Positions 1 through 9,600 of a stretch of DNA of 40,352 nt are shown here, in pieces. Under the pieces are notes generated by a model that saw only the letters and a list, made by a program, of their open reading frames with translations, was not told the origin of the DNA and searched no databases. The translations under genes were made by a program, and so were the position numbers. The stretch is from Catajapyx aquilonaris (lineage: Eukaryota): the NCBI GenBank assembly GCA_000934665.2, contig KZ538924.1, positions 1 to 40,352 of the forward strand, read 5' to 3'. Every line of letters starts with the position of its first letter. Position 1 is the stretch's first letter.

Positions 1-373
1 CCCCTCCAATATGGGTCACAGGGTCATTTCGAGTAGGGAACTATAGGTGCTTTTGCCATCCCTTGGTGTGGGCTACCAATGGACCGAATTTGAAGAACAT
101 TGGTGAGGTCGAAATTTTATGATTTGACCTCTGCCCCCCTCAAAATTGGGTCACAGGGTCATTTTGATCAGGTCACTATAGGTGCGTTTTTCATCCCTTG
201 GGGTGGGCTACCTATGCGCCGAATTTGAAGAAAATCGGTGAGGTTGAAATTTTTTGAATTGAAAAATGACCCAAGTTGGCAGGGCAAATCTCAGGACATC
301 ATATGATGTCCGTAGGCCCTCCAGCAATGTAAGCTCGGACATCATATGATGTCCGTCGCCATCAAAGGGTTAA
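1..373. mobile_element. One end of a piggyBac-like non-autonomous element with internal ~135 bp tandem repeats
   Basis: Ends in AAAGGG|TTAA (367-373). Two subterminal palindromes, GGACATCATATGATGTCC (294-311) and CGGACATCATATGATGTCCG (336-355). Two diverged tandem copies at about 1-134 and 136-262. Confidence 0.65.
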
Positions 374-652
374 GTATGTTAGGCTCCTGTTGAAAGCCAT
401 TTTTAGTTGGCCTTTTTTTCCTGTATTTCTAATGCACTAAAATCCATACTTGTAGTAATGTAATTAGTCAAGTGACTCGTTGAATTACTGAATTCATTCA
501 TGGAATCATTATTATTTCGGTGTTATTATATGGGAAAAATTTAGTGGTTGGAAGAAATGCTTGTGAAAGTTCTGTTTATTTGTGTTTAACATGTAATAAG
601 CAGTAAATTATCAAGCATTTTCAAAAACTTTCCTTTTGGGTGATATCTACAG

Positions 653-3600
653 GACAATACAAGACTCAGTTTGTTCCTGCCCTTGTTGGTCCCTTCCTGG
701 AGATGACACTGATACCTGAGACTGAGCTCAGAAAGGCCACCATACCCATATTCTTTGATATGATGCAGTGTGAGTATTATTCTCCCCGGAAGTCTGGTGA
801 ATCATACTCGGACACCAAATGGGATGCCAGCCATATGAGGGCCAACTTTCAGGAGGTATGTGTCGTTATAATGTGTGATAATTATGTTCGTAGCTTTACA
901 TCCACATTTTTTCAGTTTGAGAATGAGCTGATATCTCAGCTGGATGTCCTAGTAGAAGGTGGCCGTGGTGATGACCACTATCGCAGTCTGTTTGTAGAGG
1001 TGGTGTCTGGACTGTGCGAGAACCATGCAACCCTTCGGGAACAAGGCCTTCGCCTGGTGTCCACTGTGTCTCAACTGATGGAGCGTCTTCTGGAGTACCG
1101 GGCAGTTCTAGGGGAAGAGAGCAGAGAAAACCGAATGAGTTGCACTGTCAACCTCCTAGACTTTTACCGAGAGATTGGGCGACAAGAGATGTATATTCGC
1201 TACCTGGACAAACTCTGCAAGTTGCATCTAGAGGGTGACAACTATACAGAAGCTGCCTATGCTCTACTTCTTCACTCACGCCTTCTCAAGTGGAGTGATG
1301 AGACCCTGCCACTCATACTCAGGTCAAACCGTTTCCATACGTGCCAAACTCATAGAGATCTCAAGGAGATGATTTACTACAGTGTTCTGGAATACTTTGA
1401 CAAGGGAAAGGTTTGTGATAGTTTGATCCTAAAGTGCTCATAAAGAAACAACAGCTTTGATGATGAATATTTTTACATGTGAAGTATTGCATTGCTCCCA
1501 CAATCCAGGAGGGAGTTAGGAGAGAATTTATGGATTGTTTATTCCTGAAACCAATTAAAGAGAAGCAAGCCATTGGAAGCAACAGTCAAGACCATTCACT
1601 CAATGTGGTTGCTGCATTCTCTCCTAAATGTGTTGACAGGGGCCGAAACACCGGGGGAAGTAATCAGAATGGATAGGAGAGGATGGGTGTAGGTCCTCTG
1701 ACCTTGTGGAGACCCACACCTTCAATCCTCCTATTCCCTATCTGAATTTCTTTTATAACCAACTGAGAAATGAATGTGTCTGTGAAACTTCCCTCGGTGT
1801 TTCTCTGGACCCATGGGGACCTGAGGACCCTGTCAACACTACACATGGGTTGCTGGAGTAAATCATCCATAATATATTTCTGGTTTCTCCTCTTGGACCA
1901 TGAACTTGCACAATGCAACAGCCTTTACATTTGCAATTTCAATTTTTAAAACAATAAATATTTTTTTAATTGTGGTAATCAGAAGTGGTAGGCTATTTTT
2001 TTGCAGTGTACATATGTCACAAGTATGCTGTATTTTTTTTCTGTTGATTCTGATGTAGTTTTTTGATCATTTAATTCCACTACTGACTTATATCAAGCCA
2101 ATGCTTGGAGTTAGTAGTGGAACTCTTCTGCTTTCCTATGAGACAGTAATTGCCACTTTTTTTTGGTTGAGTCAGAGGTTGAAAAAGTGATTTTATGATC
2201 AATTTCAGATGTGGGAGAGTGCTTTAAATGTGTGCAAAGAGCTAATGACCCAATATGAGGAGGAGATGTTTGACTATGCACAACTGAGCCAGCTCCTACG
2301 TAGAATGGCTGTCTTCTATGACCGTATCATGAAGCAGGTGCGCCCCGAGCCAGAATACTTCCGTGTGGCCTTCTATGGGAGGGGCTTTCCAGCCTTTCTG
2401 CAGAACAAGGTGTTTATCTATCGGGGGAGGGAGTATGAGCGGCTCTCAGACTTCAGTACCCGGACCATTAACCACTTCCCTAATGCAGAACTCATGAATA
2501 AGTTAGGGCCACCTAGTGAAGAGGTCATGGAGTCACCCCGGCAATGTATCCTTTTTTATAGTGTGATCATGAAGTACCCACACAAAACAATGGTTATGAT
2601 TTGCTAAACAAATGAACAATGGAAAAATTATCATGTTTGTTCTGCACACATCCCATATGTGCAGCCTTACCCATCTTACCCATGAACCCTGTTTCACTGA
2701 AATTAGTTTTGGTGAGCAATGTGCACCCATGAAAATGGGTGTCACCTACCATTGCTATAAATATTCAAGTCATTAAATGTTACACCTTTTAACTATCTCA
2801 AGGAGTGGGGAGGTGCGGGTGGCTGAGATCCTTGAGTCTCGGCTTGCTGTGCGAAAGGTCCCGGGTTCAATCCCCACCTGGGAGCTCCCTTTCGCCTGCG
2901 TCAGTTGGGTCTCTGACCCATGCCTTGGAGGCGTCTTGGCAACCTGACCTCCAGGGGCACTGCACATGACCCAGTTTGAGACATTGCACTTGCACCTGTG
3001 TCCCCTCCCCAAAAATCCCTATTGCCTTCCCCATGTCCCTTTCTCCCTTGCACGGTGTGTGAAGAAAATTACAGAAAACTTATTAGTACAATGGTGGTGT
3101 ACCACCCCCCTAATGGAGCGCCCATTCTCCCAATGGGGTAGAATAAATATTAATAAATAAATAAATAAAATAACTATCTCAAGGAGCTGTTTGAAAGATG
3201 AAAAGTGCAAAATATTTTCAAACTGAAATTTTTATTACACTCAGTAGTAAGTAACGACTTCCATTTTTGCTTAAAGTATTTTAAACAGAAACCTTCACTT
3301 AAAGTTATTGTGTAATGCAGAAAATTGACCTCTCTGGTAGTGTTGTTTAGCAAAGTCAACCCAATCTAAACTCTTCACATTTTATTGTGTGGATGTGTGT
3401 TTTATTTTTTTCCTACTACTACTTTCAGACTTGCGTATGAGTTACAAATTTTAATACTAGTATAGATAATTTTTCTGAGCCATAGTACAGATCTGCAGGT
3501 GAATAAAGTAGACCCAGTGATGGATGAGAGAGCATGCTTCTCTGGGAAAGCAATCAGTGGACAGATCCTGCGTTTCTACAGAGTCAACCAAGTCAACAGG

Positions 3601-6600
3601 TTCACATATTCCCGGCCATTTCGTCGAGTGTTAGGTGATCCTGACAATGAGTTTGCTAGGTAGCTGCTTATGAACTTCATATTTTAATTTAATTTTACAT
3701 TTTTGTGTAATTTTTTTTTTTAAATTTCACATTTTTTCATTTGGTGTTTGATAGAATTTACACCACTCTTGTGTAAGCTGAATTTCCTAACACGGATTTA
3801 AAATATTCATAGCTGAAAATAATACTATATTACTAGATTTTATCTAATAGATGCTTTCATGAATTGCAGTAATTCCCAAGCCAAAGTGAGCCTAATTTGC
3901 CAACTGCAGACATTTTAACTTGATTTCAGCCTCTGGCTTGAGCGCACAACAATGACGACATCTCACCCACTCCCTGGGATTCTTCAGTGGTTTCCTGTGG
4001 TGTCAACACATGTTACAGAAGTGAGTCCTCTACAGAATGCTTTGGAGACCATGGAGCAGGCCAACCAGCAACTTAGGGAACTGATAGTGGCTCACAGATC
4101 AGATCCCACCCTTCCTCTCAACCCTCTCAGCCTCAAGCTCACAGGAATGGTTGATCCAGCAGTTATGGGAGGGATTTTCAATTATGAAAAGGTATGACTG
4201 GAATAGCCCATTTGGGTTGTTGATTCATTGATTCAGTTGATTTCATGCATGACACTCCCTAGGCATTCTTCACTGAGGAGTTCCTGTCAGCCCATCCTGG
4301 AGAAGCATTTCGTGTGCAGCAGTTGAAGGAACTGATTGCAAAACAGATTCCTCTTCTGGATGTTGGTCTTCAAGTGCACAGGATCAAAGCTTCAGAAGCC
4401 CTTCGTGGCTTGCAACACCGAATGGATGATTGCTTTTCACGTCTTCGCTTGCATGTGGAGACTAATTATGGAAGGAGGGTGAGAATTTCTCCTTGCTTTT
4501 GTGACTGACTTAGTTTTCATGTCCCCATGGAACAGAGTTTTGGAGTGTGTAACTGGGGAAGCAGCTAGATTTCTGAATTAAAGCCCTAGAATAATCAATT
4601 CACATGTAACTGGATTGGAAGCCAAAATTAAGAAGTCACATTGGCTCTCCTGATGTTATTCCTGTCTGTCCAGTGATGTCACTATCAAATGTGACCAATC
4701 AGCAATGCAATTTTTAACTGAAGAGTGCCAATGTGTGGTACTGTTATCTGCGTCAACTTCATGGTGGGCCACACCAGGGCCATGCCAGTAGATCTTTTGC
4801 CCCAGCCTAGCTCACTTGAGACACCTTCTGGATCTCTGGTACTCATTAGCCTGTGAGATCCCATCCATCCACTTTCGGCATTTTCAAAGTTCATTGCAGA
4901 GATTGTGAATAGTATTTATGAAAAAGTTTCTGCTTGGATTGTTGCATGCTGATATTTGTAGACATTACACAACGTAATAAAGAGTGCTGTCAATGAACCA
5001 GTTGGGGCAACTCTTATTATGATTCCATTGATTAAATTCGTAAGTCATAGGCAAGGGTATCAGGTTTGAATGTGAGTTACGTTTTGCATATGTCCCAAAT
5101 GAGGAGCGATAAAGCAAAACCCGCAAGATCCATCACAAACTTTTCTATGGTTTTGCTTGCACTATGCTGCTGGATCTTGCAGTATTTGCTTGAATCGACA
5201 GTTTTTGGGCTCATATACTATGGAACTAATACATTTTGCCCGACCAGCTTTTAACACCGCATCACAACCTATGTGATGGACAATATGCCATGCCTAACTC
5301 GTTTCCCGCCAACATTGGATCTTGCTGGTTTTGCTTTGCTGCTCCTCATAATGCAGTGTGTGTACATGAATAACATTTCTGCGTCGATTTACCAAATATG
5401 AGATGATCTGTGACTTCAAGCAGCGTACAATATTTACAGACATGTGATCTGAAACTGGATGGGCAGATGTCCCCTACTCGCAACAAGCCTCAGCTTTCAA
5501 GAGCAATGTCCACTGTAGAACCTCCAAGGAATTCAGATGCTTCACATTCAGAGTGAGTATTGAAATTCCCTTCATGCACGCTGTACTTATTGGTTTTCAC
5601 TTTAACTGGAAAAACAAGACAGAGAAAACTGTTCATGAAGTAAAAGAGGTATGCACGGCTTCCCTTCTTCTCTTTCTCTGTCTAACCCTCCTCCGGACTG
5701 GCCTTGGGTGACTCTGCAGAAGGGGAAGGGTGTCCAGCCTGACACGGGCTCAGGTGTCTTCTCTCACACGCAGCCTGGCCTCAAGTTTCTCCAACCTCAA
5801 CTCACCCACTACATTGAGGTACAGCACAAATGTGTGCACCAAGTGGGGTTTATCTAACTTAGTCTTTGCTCCTTTAGCTTCTGTAGTGAGAATGTAATAC
5901 AATGAGCAATATTGGGTTTCACAACTTAACATTCTTCTTGTTGCTTGCACTGTGCAATAATCATCTGCTTAACATGGTCCCTTTTTAAAAATATGTACTT
6001 GTATAAGAAGAAAGTGGTGGAAATTTTGAAAAGTATTAAATTGGATTTTTTGCCTTGTAACTGAAAATTATTAATGCCACATTCCTTTTATTACATTCAC
6101 TTGATAAGAGGGCAAAATAAAAAATTAATATTCTGAAACCTTTAGCAGAGCCACTCCATTCAGCAATTTTTAAAATGTGTAACGTTATACTAGTACGTTG
6201 AAAGTCCTGCACTGACTTGTGGGACCAAAGTGCCATGACTTTCAAGTATCCACTGTACGAGGGGTCTGTTACGGACAGGTTTCACAGAATACAGACCAAG
6301 TGATGAGCTGTTTCTTTAAAAAGCAAGAAACCAAGTAATGGTGTTATGTTGAAGTCAATTCTTGAAACAGTAGTGTGTGGACTACTGAAACTTTAAGCTT
6401 CCTTTCACAGGAAGGGAAGGAAAAGCTCAATTTGTTTGTTGGAAAGTTGATAACATAACCAGGGAGCATATACTACATAAGAGGCGCAAACTTCTGTCGC
6501 GCCATTGTTGTTCGCGTCTCTCCGTTTATAGGGCGTTGCCAAGGCCGGCGGCCATCTTGACGTGTGTGGTATGCCAACGAGGTATAAATAGGGTACAGGC

Positions 6601-9600
6601 AAAAATAAGGTCCGCCATCTTTGATGGTTTTGGCTGTCATGGCAATACACGGCAATAACAATTTACTTACTAATTTTCCAATATCGAATTCAAATTCGCG
6701 CGTGTTATTGCCGTGTATTGCCATGGCAGCCAAAACCATCAAAGATGGCGGACCCCGCGGAACTTGACGACCTGCCTGTACCCTATTTACACCTCGTTGA
6801 CATACCACACACTCCAAGATGGCCGCCAGCCTTGGCAGCGCCATAAACAGAGAGACGAAAAAAATCGAATGTTTGCGCCTCTTATGTAGTATATGCTCCC
6901 TGACATAACACTGTTTTTTTTTTGTTTTGGTTTCTGAACTTAAGGCACATACATTACTGCATTGTGCTATGTTGACAAGGATAGTGTGATGATGGACTAT
7001 TCCTAATATTTAAGGCCTTCCCCTGTAGCATTTATAGATTAGGGTTTAACATGTAATGTTTTCTTTCACAGCCCTTCAGTGAGACGCATTTGAGGCCACA
7101 TTCCATTTGCCATTCAGCATTTATCCTCTAACCCTATATATTTACATTCTTAATGTTATTTTAATACATCATTTTCAGCATGAAAGTAGTTGTACATTAT
7201 TTAAGTTTAGTAATTTTTATGGGGGAAATTCTTTGACGAAGTACAAAAAGTTTAATGATTCCGGCCACTTGTGATGCATATCTTTTGAATCAAATCAAGG
7301 TACAAAAAAAATTCTGATTATTCCTCTTTTGTTTGTCTCCAAACCTTCATCAAATGGCTGGATTTGGATGTTTCCATTGACACGTAAGCCATACATGACT
7401 TTTGATTATGTTTGGCTGGGAGTTAATCCTACCTTATCAAGATGGCACTGTGAGCTTTGTGCATGTAGAAGGCCTTAGTTGATTAAGTTGTTTGGAGTAG
7501 GAAGAGCTTAACATTTAAAAAACAAAAACAGAGTTAAAGCTAACTTGACATGAATGCTACTTACACTACCCATGATGGAGGTCTCATGAGCCTACTAACT
7601 AAGGCATTGGGCATGAGTTGTCATCATAATAGCCTTTTTGTGCTTTAACATTATACCATGAAACATGTATGCACAACAATTGCATTCTGGGAAATTCTAT
7701 TGTAATGAAAGTTCCTGTTATTTTGGGTCAAGCTAAAGTAATGAAAAGGATTTCAGTTCCATTAGAGTATCTTTGAACTGGTGCCTGTGAGTTCATAATT
7801 TGGGCCCTATCCACAGTTTTTTGGGTGTTCTAAGTATACTGACTATGCACATGAGGCAGAAGTGGCAACCAAACAATTTTGAATAGTCATTGTCAATCTT
7901 GCAGGGCATGAATGTGAACTGCCTATGATGTGAACTCATGCTGACATGGACTCATAAATGGCGAAAAACGGTCTCCCTCCCATTAGATCGCCGGAAGGTA
8001 ACCATAATCTCATAGTGAATTAATCACAATGGTCCCAGCAGATGAAAAGATGCAGATTAGTTTCGTTATATCTGACATTAATACACTGTTAAATTCCATT
8101 CTACCCAGAGTTTTCTTACTGATGAACCAAAAATATATATATTTCCCCATGAGAAGGGTTCCTTTTTACCCAACAAAGATTTAAAGAAAATGCTCTGTCA
8201 CTGTCAGAACCCAAAACTAACATGCTGTGCACATCTTTCTGATATATTGGATCTGCTATCTAGCTTCAATGTGTATTTTTCACATTTGCAGGTTTTTGCA
8301 CTATTTGTTTCGGTATACTGTATAGGGATCTAAAGTACATTTCATTGGAATCATTCAGTTTCTACAGTCACTGACATATCATAAGAATATTGCATACCTG
8401 CAAATTAAAATACCTTGGGTGCAAAGTCTAGGTCACACTGGTGTACTCTGGATTGAGAAACTTGCGACATCCGTCATCAGTTTTTAATGAGGAAACAGAT
8501 AAACAGCCGAGACAAGGCAAAATTCCTGTTTGACAATATAAATGATCACATTTGGCTTTTCAAAATTGTAAGTTGCACCAGCTGAATGCTTTAGGTATAA
8601 TAGTTTGGAGCTTAAGATGTGTTTGCAAGTGTGTAGTAATACAAGTTTGTGGGAAAATTCGAAGCTTTTTGTTGCTGTGAGGTTCACAGCTTCTACAGGA
8701 TAGTTCTCTCCATGATAAAACCACCAAGTTGGCTTGCAAACCCTGATTCTTATGAGCTTGTAAATGCATCTTTAGTTGTGATGACACAGTCTGAAAGTCA
8801 TGGGGTACCATAACCTGTATGAGATTTATTTTTGTATGCCGTGATGGTGAATTTTGGCACCCTGTGCATTATACTGCACAAAAATGTGTTATGAAAAACC
8901 TATATGCCCATATTGAACAAATTCTAATAGGTAAAGGAACAAAAGCAGTTAATAGGTGACTTCTCTGAAGTTGAGCTGATAATTGTGTCATCTGTTAATG
9001 TGGATTAACTCAGTTTTTTTCAGTTGCTTAGCAGTGATCACACACGCAGCATGGTTGTGGTACCTTTCAGCAAGGTAATTTCATGACATAAACCAGTGAA
9101 TGAACACACAGACATGTGTTCAGTGGAATGCCCCCATAATGCTATGAAAGTTAATGTACTCTAGTTATGTGCACTTGTAGCTTTCCTTTAAAAACACTTT
9201 CATCCTTAGGTTAACTTACTTAAGGAGGAGATAAAAAATTAATATTATAGACAAGAATTCATGCAATAACAAATGGATTAGGCATTGCATATTCACAGTG
9301 AGTCATGTCATGGATTTACCTTAAAAGAGGTAACAGCATTCTAATTGTTTCACTTGCTGCACTGAACAACCAAGCACCCTCATGTAAATTGGTTGAGTGG
9401 TACTGTAGCTGTTCACTTGTCATTCTAGCCTCTACTCTGCACTCTTAGCCTGCATGCGTATTGGTTAATTGCCTTTAACGTGTGTGTGTGTCTGTTATTA
9501 ATGAAAGAAGTGACATCCAGTTGACACCACAAACATGATTTTCAGGAGCCACTCAACTCCTCTGAAGGCCCAGAGTAGCTTTGGCTCTCTCACTTCTCGA

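Noticed and set aside
1..355. CRISPR-like array from repeated palindromes
   Set aside because: Eukaryotic context, only two palindromes, and a piggyBac-like terminus explains them.
1477..1930. Intron-embedded RNase P/MRP RNA or telomerase RNA as the identity of the structured region
   Set aside because: No convincing P4 helix motifs (CR-I/CR-V) and no repeated CCTAA template on the sense strand; the pairings are fully nested.
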